DNA from: Desulfatiglandales bacterium
GTDB lineage: Bacteria > Desulfobacterota > DSM-4660 > Desulfatiglandales > Desulfatiglandaceae
NCBI GenBank assembly: GCA_963662465.1
Contig: OY759599.1
Span: 5,664,001-5,728,000 of the forward strand
Length of the DNA stretch: 64,000 nucleotides
Direction of reading: 5' to 3'
The notes under the pieces were generated by a model, which searched no databases, was not told the DNA's origin, and was given only the letters and a program-made list of their open reading frames with translations. Below are positions 18,384 to 28,089 of the stretch, in pieces. A program made the translations under genes and the position numbers. The stretch's first letter is position 1. Each line of letters starts with the position of its first letter.

Positions 18384-19756
18384 GCGGTTCTGGCCGTTCG
18401 GAGTCCCATGTTTTTGACCGTTGCCCATGCGGATCCGGGAAATTTATGGGCATCCTTCAAAACGTCGTCCAAGGCGCCCAGAAAATAGTCGGCATCGGCC
18501 TGGTTGATCACCAGGGGCGGAAGAATTTTCACCGTGTCGAGACCATGCCCGGCCACCTGGGTCAGAATATGGTGTTTCTCCAACAGGGGCATAGTAATCA
18601 TCTGGCAAAAAAGATCCACGTTCATTTTGTGCAGCAGTTTCCATCCCGTCTTGAGAGAAAGAGATGCGGGTTTGCCGAACTGAATACCGATCATGAGCCC
18701 TTTTCCACGAATTTCGTGAACCAGCTCATAACGTTCGGCCATTTCACTGAGCCCTTTTTCCAGATAAACCCCTATCGTTTCCGACTGTTGGACCAGGTTT
18801 TCCCGTTCAATCACCCGCAAGGTGGCCAGACCGGCTGCCATGGCCAGATCATTTTGACCAAAAGTGTTGGAATGGGCAAAACACCGGTCCATGCTGTCAA
18901 AGAGCTTTCCATGGATGTTGCGGCGTGTTATTACAGCGCCGACGGGAATATATCCGCCGGAGAGGGATTTTGAAATCACCAGGATATCGGGCGTCACATC
19001 CCAATGGTTCACCGCAAACATGCGCCCCGTTCGGCCCAATCCGGTTTGAACTTCGTCAGCAATCAGCAGTGCGCCATACCGGTCGCAAAGGCTTCGGGCG
19101 CCGGGAAGGTAGTCCGAATCCGGAACAAACACCCCTTTGCCCTGGATGGGTTCCACAATAAAGGCAGCCGCATCCCCTCCTGAAAGAGCGTTTTCGAGGG
19201 CCTCTAAATCGTTGAAGGGAATGGGCACGCAGTTGGGCAACAGGGGTTCGTTGCGTCCCCGGAACTCCTCATTCCCATTAACGGAAAGGGCGCCCAGCGT
19301 CAACCCGTGAAAGGCCCGTTCACAATAAATGATTTTGCTTTTTCCCGTGGCCTGCCGCGCCATCTTGAGGGCCCCTTCCACCCCTTCGGCTCCCGAATTG
19401 GTGAAAAACACCGCTTCCAGATTCCCCGGAGCCAGACCGGCCAGTGCCTCGGCCAGAAGTCCCGAGATGATGCCCACATCCATCTGCACCATACTGGCCG
19501 GCGCCATATCGATAACATCTTTTAAGACCTGAGCTACCAGGGGATGGTTTCTTCCGATGTTGAACACACCGAACCCGGCCAGAAAGTCAAGTACCTCCCG
19601 GCCCTGTTCATCCGTCAGCCGCGCCCCTCGGCCCATGGTATAATTTCGATTGTAACCGATCACCTCCAGCACTCGCACAAATTGGGGGTTCACATAGCGA
19701 CGATGCAGCGCGTAGGTTTCGTTGAGACGGCTTTTTACAAGAGATGCAATATTCAT
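18380..19756 (-). CDS. hpnO: Class III aminotransferase (aminobacteriohopanetriol synthase-like)
   Basis: YVNPQFVRVL..IG, LDFLAGFGVFNIGRNHP, FFTNSGAEG, IVEPIQGKG, DEVQTGLGRTG, SKSLSGG; hopanoid context; likely start MNIASL. Confidence 0.85.
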   Translation of the reverse strand: MNIASLVKSRLNETYALHRRYVNPQFVRVLEVIGYNRNYTMGRGARLTDEQGREVLDFLAGFGVFNIGRNHPLVAQVLKDVIDMAPASMVQMDVGIISGLLAEALAGLAPGNLEAVFFTNSGAEGVEGALKMARQATGKSKIIYCERAFHGLTLGALSVNGNEEFRGRNEPLLPNCVPIPFNDLEALENALSGGDAAAFIVEPIQGKGVFVPDSDYLPGARSLCDRYGALLIADEVQTGLGRTGRMFAVNHWDVTPDILVISKSLSGGYIPVGAVITRRNIHGKLFDSMDRCFAHSNTFGQNDLAMAAGLATLRVIERENLVQQSETIGVYLEKGLSEMAERYELVHEIRGKGLMIGIQFGKPASLSLKTGWKLLHKMNVDLFCQMITMPLLEKHHILTQVAGHGLDTVKILPPLVINQADADYFLGALDDVLKDAHKFPGSAWATVKNMGLRTARTA

Positions 19757-19902
19757 TATGTTATAAGATTCGCCCGGCGCAATTCGATAGAAAGCTCCAG
19801 CGAAAAGAGTTCCTTTCATTTTTTTTGGGGAAGTGTAAGAAAACCAAGGGGTCATGTCAAGGTGCAAAGCGAAGAGGGACCAACCCGCGCACATATCTTG
19901 TT

Positions 19903-21027
19903 TTACCCGCTTTTCTCCCCATAAGCCCGCCCCTTCCATTTCGCGCCCTTTCCCTGCCAATAGCGAATGGCCGAGGTCCAGGTCATGGCCAGGAACAACA
20001 TGCCGATTACGGGCATGAAAAAAGCCCATTTCCAGGACAACCGGTAGAACTTCAATGTGGGGAGATAGCCCAGCATCATAAAACAGAAGCCGCACAGGGA
20101 TCCCATTACGGCCGTAACGGATGGGAAAAAGAGACCCATAACAGGCATTCCAAACATAAGGATCATAGCGCCGGTCACCAACAGCAACAGGGTTACAGTG
20201 TAGTGCAGCTGATGAAAGGCGGTTCTGGCCACCATGTTCCAGATGACCCCGGGCCGGTCATAGGCCCGAAGGCTTAAGGCGGAGTGAGAAAGTCCGATCC
20301 AGGTGCGGCCTCCAATGGATTTGACCTTCCGGGCCAGGGCGCAGTCGTCGATCAGCTGCCCCCGTACCGAAGCAAAACTCCCAATGGCCCTGAGCATGTC
20401 GGTTCTAATCAGGATGCATCCGCCCGCTGCCGCTGCCACCCGGGGGAAAGAGGAGTTGGAGAGGCGGAAGGGGTAGAGGAGCTTGAAAAAGTAAATGAAC
20501 GCCGGCATCAAGAGTCGTTCCCACGGAGAAACCATGCGGAGGGACGCCATCAGGGAAATCAAATGGACCCGTCTGGTCATCATTTCCCGGCGAAGTCTTA
20601 CAAGGATGCCCGGTTTGAGTCCTATATCCGCATCCAGCAGGAGTACAAGGGGTGTATCCACCTGTTGGAATCCCTGCTCAAGAGCCCACAGCTTGCCGCT
20701 CCAGCCTTTGGGAAGGGGCCTTCCCGAAACAATTTTCAAATCGATTTCCGCCATATTTTCGGCAAGGGATGTCGTTTTATCATCGGATTGATCGTCCACC
20801 AGGATCACCTTAAGATGATTTCCCTGCGCCATGACGCCGGAAAGCGTGGTTTGAATCACTTCAGCTTCATTCCTCGCAGGAATAAGAACCGTGATGTTGC
20901 TCAAATCTTCCCGGCAATCGTCCGGTTCCCCATCCAGAAATTCCCGAGTGGACCAGGGCCGCCAGGGAAGAAGAAGGATGATGAGCCAAAGAAACGCTCC
21001 GATGAAGGTTAGAAGGGTCAAGTACAT
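19903..21027 (-). CDS. hpnB: Hopene-associated glycosyltransferase (GT2)
   Basis: IPARNEA, LP.GWSGKLWAL.QG, LLLDADI, PAFIYFF.LLYPF, AAAAGGCILI, LIDDCALA, WNMVARTAF.QL, WKGRAY. Confidence 0.88.
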   Translation of the reverse strand: MYLTLLTFIGAFLWLIILLLPWRPWSTREFLDGEPDDCREDLSNITVLIPARNEAEVIQTTLSGVMAQGNHLKVILVDDQSDDKTTSLAENMAEIDLKIVSGRPLPKGWSGKLWALEQGFQQVDTPLVLLLDADIGLKPGILVRLRREMMTRRVHLISLMASLRMVSPWERLLMPAFIYFFKLLYPFRLSNSSFPRVAAAAGGCILIRTDMLRAIGSFASVRGQLIDDCALARKVKSIGGRTWIGLSHSALSLRAYDRPGVIWNMVARTAFHQLHYTVTLLLLVTGAMILMFGMPVMGLFFPSVTAVMGSLCGFCFMMLGYLPTLKFYRLSWKWAFFMPVIGMLFLAMTWTSAIRYWQGKGAKWKGRAYGEKSG

Positions 21028-21869
21028 GGTGGTATATCCTGTGTATTTTCAAAAGATGACGGAAATTCAAGGTAGTAATCCGCTTCCGTTTTTTTCCCCC
21101 GTTTCAAACAGCCGGCGCCGTAGATGCGGCACTTGCGGGAAAGCGTTTCGGTTGCGGATTTCCGTTGCGCTTCATTTAATGGGCTTTCCCGGAGCAGCTT
21201 CACCAGGGCTTTGATCCTGAATCGGTCCATCCCTTTAAAACGAGCGGACAATTGATCCGCATGCCCCCCCTCCTTGACGATGAGACTTTTCCCCATCAGG
21301 TAAACCGGATAACGGCACGCGATCCTGAGCCAGAGATCATAATCTTCACAGGCCGGTAAATCTTCATCAAAAACGCCCACTTCCTGAAAGAGTTCGCGTC
21401 TAAGCATCACCGCCGAAGGACTCACCAGACAAAGCGCAAGGGATGCCTCAAACACATCGCCGGAAAGTTTCAAATGCCGTTTTCCGGGATTGGCGCGCCG
21501 ACCGTTTCTGATCCATGTCTCTTGGGTCTGACAGATCATGGCATTGGGGTTTTGCCCAAAAAATGCGGTTTGCGCGCCGAGTTTATCGGGTAACCAATAA
21601 TCATCGGAATCCAGGAAGGCGATCAGCGGGGCGCTTGAAAGCGCAATTCCCGTATTCCTTGCGGCGGAGACCCCTCGATTGACATCGTGAGCGACATATT
21701 GAATGCGATCCTTGAATTGAGCCAGAACCTTTTCCGTATGGTCGGTGGACCCGTCGTCCACCACAATCATCTCATAGTCCGTAAAACGCTGGTATAGAAC
21801 CGACGAAACGGCTCTGGCCGTTTTTGCGGCCCGGTTAAAGGTGGGGATAATAACGCTGACGGCTGCCAT
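21018..21869 (-). CDS. Glycosyltransferase family 2
   Basis: VSVIIPTFNR, VVDDGSTD, GVSAARNTG, AFLDSDD, CEDYDLWLR. Confidence 0.92.
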   Translation of the reverse strand: MAAVSVIIPTFNRAAKTARAVSSVLYQRFTDYEMIVVDDGSTDHTEKVLAQFKDRIQYVAHDVNRGVSAARNTGIALSSAPLIAFLDSDDYWLPDKLGAQTAFFGQNPNAMICQTQETWIRNGRRANPGKRHLKLSGDVFEASLALCLVSPSAVMLRRELFQEVGVFDEDLPACEDYDLWLRIACRYPVYLMGKSLIVKEGGHADQLSARFKGMDRFRIKALVKLLRESPLNEAQRKSATETLSRKCRIYGAGCLKRGKKTEADYYLEFPSSFENTQDIPPCT

Positions 21870-21881
21870 AACAAAACCCCG

Positions 21882-23600
21882 TTATAATAAGACGAGAAGC
21901 CCCGCCAGCAAAAAATTGGCTTCCACCAGGGCCTCCAGGGCAACCCCGGTAGAGAGCCATTGCTTTTCATAAGAAAAAAGACAAAGCAGCAGGGTCAACA
22001 GGGGGATGAGCATAAGACAAAAAAGTGAATTTACCAGAGCCAACAGGGTGCTGAATATCAGCAGCAGCGCCGTAGCCAGGAGAACCATTTTGAACAGGCG
22101 CAGCGTCTTTTTTTCACCCAGGGTAATGGGCAGGGTCTCAGCGCCCACCATCAGATCCCCCTGAAGCTGGAACAGGCTGAAAAGAATCGCCCTGGCGTAA
22201 CTAAATGAAAATACGACAAGGCAAGCCACCAAAATACTCAATACCGGACCGGATCCGCCACTGAAAAGGGGCAGAATTACCATAACCGCCATCCAGGCAA
22301 GCGCTTCGGACAGACTTCGTGATCCGGGAATATCTTTTATTTTAACAAAGCGATAGCGATTTTTAGTTCCTTCGGGAATCAGGGGGATACTGTATACAAT
22401 CCCCAAAAGGCTCAAGCCGATCAGGGCCATAAGGGTCCCCGGCCCCACCCAATAAGAAAGAAGCAGGGCAATGCCGATGGCAACCGATCCCATAAGGATC
22501 AACAAGCCTTTGGTGTTATTTTGAAACGTGGCGCGATCGGGATCATTGTAGGAAGCCGCCCCCTTGTCCAGAAACCGGTTGAAAACATGCATGGCATAGA
22601 TATAAAGGGCCGCCATGAAGGGAAAAATCAGACCGGTTTTTCCGCCCGCAAGACACAAGGCCGCATACGCGAAGGAAAAAGCGCCGAATGCCGCCGCCAG
22701 GTTGCTCAACACCAGGAATCGAAAAACACGCTTGACCCGGCGGACAAACGGCGCTTCTTTTCGGTCCCGGATGTTTTCTATTTCCCTCAGGACGTTTTTG
22801 ATAAGCCAGTGAGGGGTGGAGGCGCCGGCCGTCAAACCGATCACATCCATTTGCGAAAGGACTTCCCGGGGCAGTTCCTTTTCCGTTTCCACATGGAATG
22901 TGGGAAGGTTTTGTTCTTCGGAGATTTTGGCCAGTCGCTGGGTGTTGGCGCTGTGATACCCACCGACCACCACGACCCCTTCCACCTGTCCTTTAAAGGT
23001 GCGGACTTCCTGTTGTCTTTCATGAGTGGCATCGCAGATGGTATCAAATACCTGGATGTCCGGAAACCGATCCCGCAGGGCCGAAACAATCGCTTTAAAA
23101 TCTTCATCATCCTGGGTGGTCTGAGCAACCACAAAGGGATGCGCCAGTTGAGGGAGACCTGCCACATCCTCTGTTTTCTGGATGACATGGGCGGGTTTCT
23201 TGCTGTACCCCATAAGTCCGATCACTTCAGCGTGGTTTTTGTCGCCCACAATGATGGTGGAGCGATCCTTGCCGGACTGGTGGCGGATAATGGCCTGAAC
23301 CCGGGTAACCTTGGGGCATGTGGCGTCGATGACCTTGAGCCCCGAATTCTGGAGCGCTTCCCGTTCATGGGGCGGAATGCCATGGGCCCGAATGATAATA
23401 CGACCGGCGGTAAGTCCGGCGGCGTCATCAATGGCTTTGATGCCCTTGGTTTCGAGGAGATTCAGAACTTGTTTGTTGTGGATGAGCGGCCCAAAGGTAA
23501 ACAAGGGGCCCTCCTTTTTATTGGATTCGGCCATGACCATTTCCATGGCCCGGCGCACCCCCATGCAGAAGCCCGCTGTCTTGGCCAATACGACTTTCAT
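21882..23600 (-). CDS. ispH: IspH (HMBPP reductase) fused to a UbiA-like membrane prenyltransferase domain
   Basis: AGFCMGV, LIHN, IRAHG, DATCPKV, HAEV, QTT, TICDAT, SANT, TAGASTP; then ~290 aa polytopic with NRFLD...DPDR, VYS.P, IKDIPG, D...G.ETLP..LG. Confidence 0.92.
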   Translation of the reverse strand: MKVVLAKTAGFCMGVRRAMEMVMAESNKKEGPLFTFGPLIHNKQVLNLLETKGIKAIDDAAGLTAGRIIIRAHGIPPHEREALQNSGLKVIDATCPKVTRVQAIIRHQSGKDRSTIIVGDKNHAEVIGLMGYSKKPAHVIQKTEDVAGLPQLAHPFVVAQTTQDDEDFKAIVSALRDRFPDIQVFDTICDATHERQQEVRTFKGQVEGVVVVGGYHSANTQRLAKISEEQNLPTFHVETEKELPREVLSQMDVIGLTAGASTPHWLIKNVLREIENIRDRKEAPFVRRVKRVFRFLVLSNLAAAFGAFSFAYAALCLAGGKTGLIFPFMAALYIYAMHVFNRFLDKGAASYNDPDRATFQNNTKGLLILMGSVAIGIALLLSYWVGPGTLMALIGLSLLGIVYSIPLIPEGTKNRYRFVKIKDIPGSRSLSEALAWMAVMVILPLFSGGSGPVLSILVACLVVFSFSYARAILFSLFQLQGDLMVGAETLPITLGEKKTLRLFKMVLLATALLLIFSTLLALVNSLFCLMLIPLLTLLLCLFSYEKQWLSTGVALEALVEANFLLAGLLVLL

Positions 23601-24586
23601 GTGGTTTCATCTCCTGATATCTTTTGTATGGCGGCAAAATACCGGTCCAGTGCCGCCATCATGGTTTTAAAATCCTGGATGTCGGTAAAAGCGCCGCGAA
23701 AACGGCTGCTGTGAGGCAGCCCTTTGGTGTACCCTAAAAGCAACCCCCGCATGAGTTTAGAGGCTCTGTTTTCACCAATGATACTTGACAGCAGCGCAAA
23801 ATGTGTCGCGATGACATTCCTTCTTTCGGGTAAATCGGGGAAGCGTGCCTCCAGACCTTGTTCAAGGTCCAGAATCTGCTTGAATATCCATGGGTTTCCC
23901 ATGGCGCCCCGACCGATCATAACGCCGTCGCATCCGGTTTCTTCCCTCATTTGAAGGGCCAATTCCGGTTTAAACACGTCCCCGTTGCCAATGACGGGAA
24001 TGGTCAGACTTTTTTTGACTTCCCGGATGATCCGCCAGTCCGCCTGCCCTGAAAACCCCTGGCTCACAAACCGGGGGTGGACGGTGATGGCATCCGCACC
24101 ACAATCCTCAATGATCCCTGCGATTTCAAGAAAATTCGCCTCATGGTCGGACCATCCTCCCCGGATTTTCACGGTCAGGGGAACCGTGCAGTCCTTACGA
24201 ACGGCCGTGACCATATCCCGCACCGCGGCCGGATTTCGAAGCAGCGCACCGCCGGACCCGTTCTTGACCACCTTTCTGGCGGGGCATCCCATATTGATGT
24301 CCACCATGTCGGCGCCTTTTTCAACCGCAATCTCGGCCGCCATGGCCATGATTTGAGGGTCTGCACCGAATATTTGTACGGAAAGGGGCTTTTCCTCTGA
24401 AGAACCATCCAGGTAACGAAAGGTTTTTTCATGGCCTCTTGAAAGACCTACGGCACTCACCATCTCAGTAACCACGAGACCGGCCCCCAACCGCTTGGCG
24501 ATCAAGCGAAAGGGCGGGTTGGTAATGCCCGCCATGGGGGCCATGATGAGCCGGTTTTTGAGTAAGAGATTGCCTATTTTTAACAT
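23597..24586 (-). CDS. dusB: tRNA-dihydrouridine synthase B
   Basis: MAPMAGIT, VQIFG, DINMGCPARKV, GNGDV, GVMIGRGAMGNPWIF. Confidence 0.93.
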   Translation of the reverse strand: MLKIGNLLLKNRLIMAPMAGITNPPFRLIAKRLGAGLVVTEMVSAVGLSRGHEKTFRYLDGSSEEKPLSVQIFGADPQIMAMAAEIAVEKGADMVDINMGCPARKVVKNGSGGALLRNPAAVRDMVTAVRKDCTVPLTVKIRGGWSDHEANFLEIAGIIEDCGADAITVHPRFVSQGFSGQADWRIIREVKKSLTIPVIGNGDVFKPELALQMREETGCDGVMIGRGAMGNPWIFKQILDLEQGLEARFPDLPERRNVIATHFALLSSIIGENRASKLMRGLLLGYTKGLPHSSRFRGAFTDIQDFKTMMAALDRYFAAIQKISGDETT

Positions 24587-24638
24587 GGTGTCGGTTCACA
24601 AAGCTTGACGTTGTTGGTCTTGTTGCTATTCATGACAT

Positions 24639-25107
24639 TTATTCCTGATCCGCGGACGACGCAGGTTTTCGCTGATTCTTTTTGGAGGCTTCGATCTGTT
24701 TCAGCTCCCGCACAGCACAGACCTTCAGTTCGGCCCGTTTGCTTTCCTCAATCGCGTAGTCGCTGGCCCCGTCATCACAGTTTCGTTGCCGCGTAGTATT
24801 GCGGATGTCGGCAAAGAATTTTCTCCTCCCGCCGCGAGGCGTCCGGCAGATAGACAAAGTTGCGGATCACATCACAGAGGCGGGTCGGGTGAAACAGACC
24901 CTTGATTATGGAATAAAGCGAGTCGATCCCGTCTTTTTCGATCAGGTCGCCGCCAGCCGTCTTGCGCCAGCCGTAGAAAAATTCATAGGGTGCAAAAAAC
25001 GCACCCGCCTTATTGCTCTCGTAGAGATCCGCCGCCGAATAGGCCTCCAACTGCCGAATCACCGCCTCGATTTCAACTGGCGTGATGCCGTCTTTCGCAT
25101 ACTGCAC
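24639..25107 (-). pseudogene. hsdR: Type I RM restriction subunit remnant with internal deletions
   Basis: Joined HsdR-like segments: GITPVEIEAVIRQL...DLYESNKA | GAFFAPYEFFYGWRK...RLCDVIRNFVY...KILCRHPQYYAATKL; possible C-terminal scrap (RAELKV...KKN); no helicase motifs. Confidence 0.75.
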
Positions 25108-25264
25108 TTATGTAATCGACGCTGTCGAGTTTAAGTGACCCGATTCCTATGTTTTTCGAAGTGAGGTACTGAATCCCATAAATTGTTCTTTCAACTTTGG
25201 CATGCGCACCATCACCTAGCTGGCAGACTTCTCCGATTGAAGTATGAGTCCACTCACTCCCCAT
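25108..25264 (-). pseudogene. hsdS: Type I RM specificity subunit, 5' fragment
   Basis: MGSEWTHTSIGEVC..GDGAH....GIQYLTSKNI....KLD.VDYIS is an HsdS TRD start; it fuses directly into hsdR sequence. Confidence 0.75.
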
Positions 25265-26183
25265 AACCCAACCCCTCCAAACCCTTCCGAATCACCTCAT
25301 CCAGTTTTTTCAGCATTTCCAATGCGCCGATTTCAAGCTTTGAGAAGGCGAACCATTTTTTACCCAAATCTTTCAGGGATGCGCCGATATGATAGATTTC
25401 GTTTTCATCGATGATCATAAAGCGGTCGTGCGACTCCGCAAAACGTTTAATGGAAATCGGCGAGTATTGCTGGTTGTGTTTTTTCAGATCCAAAGCGAGC
25501 TGCTTTGAAATAGACTTGGTGTAAATCGTACAGGAAATGTCTACAGATCGCTTGCTGAGCAGGGTTAAGACAGAATCATCAATATAGTTATCTATCAAAA
25601 CCAGAGATAGTTCGGCTTTTCGAATCAGATCGCAAACAAAGGTATAGGCATCGTACACCTGACCATCATAAAAAATGCCTTGTTTGGGAACTTCATTATG
25701 CAGTTCCAATGCCTGAAACAATCGTTCGAAATTCTTTTCGGTTTCGGATTCAAAAGCAATTTGGCAGCGTTCTACGGAGTCCAAACGGGCAAAAATCTGG
25801 GCGTTGTTCTGGATGAAGCGGCGCATTTCCACAAAAGCATTGATAATTTTGATGCTTACCTTAATGGCTGTTTCACTTCGCAAAACCGCGGAAAGCATGG
25901 AGACTCCCTGCTCAGTAAAGGCGAAGGGATTGACCGTGGAATGCTTCAGCGATTTGAACCGGTCGCAATTTGCGACCAGTTGTGCTTTTTCGGCATCATT
26001 TAATTGGAATCTAAATTCTTCTGGGAAACGGGTGATATTCCTTCTTACCTGCTCATTGAGACGTTTGTTTTCGACCTGATAGATTTGAGCCAGATCTTTA
26101 TCGATCATCACCTGAACACCACGAAAGGTAAAAATCATACACTGTATGTTCTCAAGCAGAACCATTTGATTTGCATCTTCCAT
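25254..26183 (-). CDS. ORF6N (KilA-N-like) DNA-binding protein with C-terminal PLD-like domain
   Basis: FRGVQVMIDKDLA..Y.VE..RLNEQVRRN..RFP..F.FQL, PFAFTEQGVSMLS; C-terminal LIDNYID...SHDRFMIID...YHIGASLKDLGKKWF. Confidence 0.9.
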   Translation of the reverse strand: MEDANQMVLLENIQCMIFTFRGVQVMIDKDLAQIYQVENKRLNEQVRRNITRFPEEFRFQLNDAEKAQLVANCDRFKSLKHSTVNPFAFTEQGVSMLSAVLRSETAIKVSIKIINAFVEMRRFIQNNAQIFARLDSVERCQIAFESETEKNFERLFQALELHNEVPKQGIFYDGQVYDAYTFVCDLIRKAELSLVLIDNYIDDSVLTLLSKRSVDISCTIYTKSISKQLALDLKKHNQQYSPISIKRFAESHDRFMIIDENEIYHIGASLKDLGKKWFAFSKLEIGALEMLKKLDEVIRKGLEGLGYGE

Positions 26184-26191
26184 AACTACTC

Positions 26192-26911
26192 TCAGTACCC
26201 CAACTGCTTCAGATTTTCCTTAATCACATCATCTAACTTTGCCGACTCTTCCATCTGCCCATAAAGCGTCTGGCTCATCTCCGTCATCTTGGTCTCAAAG
26301 GGAATGCCGTCGTCCTCAAGAGCCGCTGCACCGACGTAACGGCCGGGCGTGAGCACGAAGTCGTGCTTCCGCATCTCTTCAAGGGTTACGGATTTACAAT
26401 AACCGGCTTGGTCTTCATAGACGCCGTCTTTCACCTCCCCGCGCCAGGCGTGATACGTTTTGGCAATGGCGGCAAATTTACCGAGGAAATATTCATAAAC
26501 CCGACCGACCACGTCCTCCTCCTTATCCCGGACCGTGTCGATATTGTTGATCGCATCGATCAGGGCGGAGAGCTTGCTGCCATCCGCCGTCAGGGCCGAG
26601 TCGATCTTGATCGCGATATCGCCCTGCTTGGCGTGCTGCTGAATATAGCTCCAGCGGGATGTCTCCGGCAGGTAGAAGACGTTCTTCATGGTGTAGAACT
26701 CTACCATGTTGATGTATTTCTCCTTACCCTCCGCAATCAGCTCAGCACGACGCTCCTCAAACTTATCCGAAACGAACTTGAGAAAGATCAAGCTCAGCAC
26801 CACGTGTTTGTATTCGGAAGACTCGACACTGCCCCGCAACCGGTTGGCGGAATCCCACAGGGACTCTTCGAAGCCTTTATCGTTTTTTGGAGATGCTTTT
26901 TTCTGAGCCAT
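26192..26911 (-). pseudogene. hsdM: Type I RM methyltransferase with in-frame internal deletions
   Basis: HsdM N-terminus (LWDSANRLRG, YKHVVLSLIFLKFVSD, VVGRVYEYFLGKFA) joined directly to the C-terminus (IAKTYHAWRG, VLTPGRYVG); SAM-binding and NPPF motifs absent; 239 aa. Confidence 0.88.
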
Positions 26912-26955
26912 TATTAACCCTGAAATTACTGAAAGATCAAAAAGTAGTTTACACT

Positions 26956-27014
26956 TGTAGGTGCGAATTTATCCGCACATGAATTTAAGTTGTGCGGCTG
27001 AAGCCGCACCTACA
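26956..27014. repeat. GTAG-type REP doublet, same family as 9245-9304
   Basis: TGTAGGTGCGAATTTATCCGCACA ... TGTGCGGCTGAAGCCGCACCTACA. Confidence 0.85.
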
Positions 27015-27236
27015 TCGTGCAAATGATTGGAAAACGGTAAATGTAAACCAAGAAATGAAAGATGCCTAATCTATCTGCATTTTTTTGCCGATGATGAGAT
27101 CCGATTAAATTTATTCCCATTTCCGCTTTTGCACACACTTTTTGCCGTGGCGCTTCGTTTCTGATCCTAAGACGGATCAAACAAAATTAGATCCCAAAGA
27201 TACGATCTATGAAATAGCGACCAAACTTTTTTCTTC

Positions 27237-28088
27237 CTATTTGGTTCGGGAATATGAAGATTTTAAAATTTCGGCAATAGCTTTAGATTCCAGAAAGTTT
27301 CTACCTGTTGTTTGAACAGCAATACCAAGTCCTTTATCAGTATGGGTAAGAACGATTTCAATCAAGCCATTTGCATCAACCGATTTAATGAAGTCCCGCT
27401 GGTTTGGATTAAAAGGAAGAGAATTGACTATAGCTGTAACATAAGGAGACATTCGTAGACGTTTTGAGAACCGATCTAGCACATCTTTTCCGTGGTCGTT
27501 ACATAAATTTATGGGTTTTTCTCCTGATTCAAGTGATGATTTTACCAAGGAGACAGGCTGGTGTTTTTCCAACCATTTTTTCATAATAAGCGACTTGAAA
27601 TGTTGTGGTTCCGAGACAGATAAAATGATCGGCGTACATACCACTTCGTCCTTATTTGAAATTATTATCTGATGTTCAATCTTTTTCCAATACTTTTCTG
27701 ATTCAAAACCGATACAAATGGTATCTTTCAAATATGCCGCAGCCAAACCAATGGATTCTTTTTCGTTACCGTTGTAGCATATAACATATCGATTCTCAAT
27801 ATACCGACCTTCTTCAGGAGTATCTTCATCAATAAAAGGATGCTTTCCAAGTCCTAAGAGTACTGAGCCAAGAGTCCGGCTTTGGGGGGTTTCGTTACAA
27901 AATTGTTGCAAAGACATGCCATCGGTCAATTGAAGGTCACCCATATATGTTTCAAGTCGTATTCTTTTGTTAAAGAATGAATGCCTTTCTTTATAGGTAC
28001 TTATAAACTGTTTTACCCGTTGAAATACCTCACCAAAATCAGGCGCTAAAGGAGATATAGTCAGCTCATTAAAAATTAGATCCTTCAT
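27237..28088 (-). CDS. Hypothetical protein, putative effector of a Menshen-like system (NsnC position)
   Basis: 283 aa, AT-rich, starts 1 nt after the ATPase gene; no motif firmly recognised. Confidence 0.55.
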   Translation of the reverse strand: MKDLIFNELTISPLAPDFGEVFQRVKQFISTYKERHSFFNKRIRLETYMGDLQLTDGMSLQQFCNETPQSRTLGSVLLGLGKHPFIDEDTPEEGRYIENRYVICYNGNEKESIGLAAAYLKDTICIGFESEKYWKKIEHQIIISNKDEVVCTPIILSVSEPQHFKSLIMKKWLEKHQPVSLVKSSLESGEKPINLCNDHGKDVLDRFSKRLRMSPYVTAIVNSLPFNPNQRDFIKSVDANGLIEIVLTHTDKGLGIAVQTTGRNFLESKAIAEILKSSYSRTK

Positions 28089-28089
28089 A

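Noticed and set aside
19757..20095. Extended N-termini in the ORF track (hpnO 20095, nuoF-like 33113, nuoE-like 33534, Fe-S 31192, DUF1318 50610, 39583)
   Set aside because: They overlap neighbouring genes extensively; downstream starts fit RBS, gene coupling or family N-termini better
22521..23714. Long antisense ORFs (397 aa here; also 13975-14700, 17049-17771, 31248-31988 and others)
   Set aside because: Shadow frames opposite well-supported genes, with no recognisable motifs
26945..27050. Second MITE around the 26956 REP doublet (TAGTTTACACTT / AAATGTAAACCA)
   Set aside because: Only a 10/12 inverted match and no convincing TSD; kept as a REP doublet only
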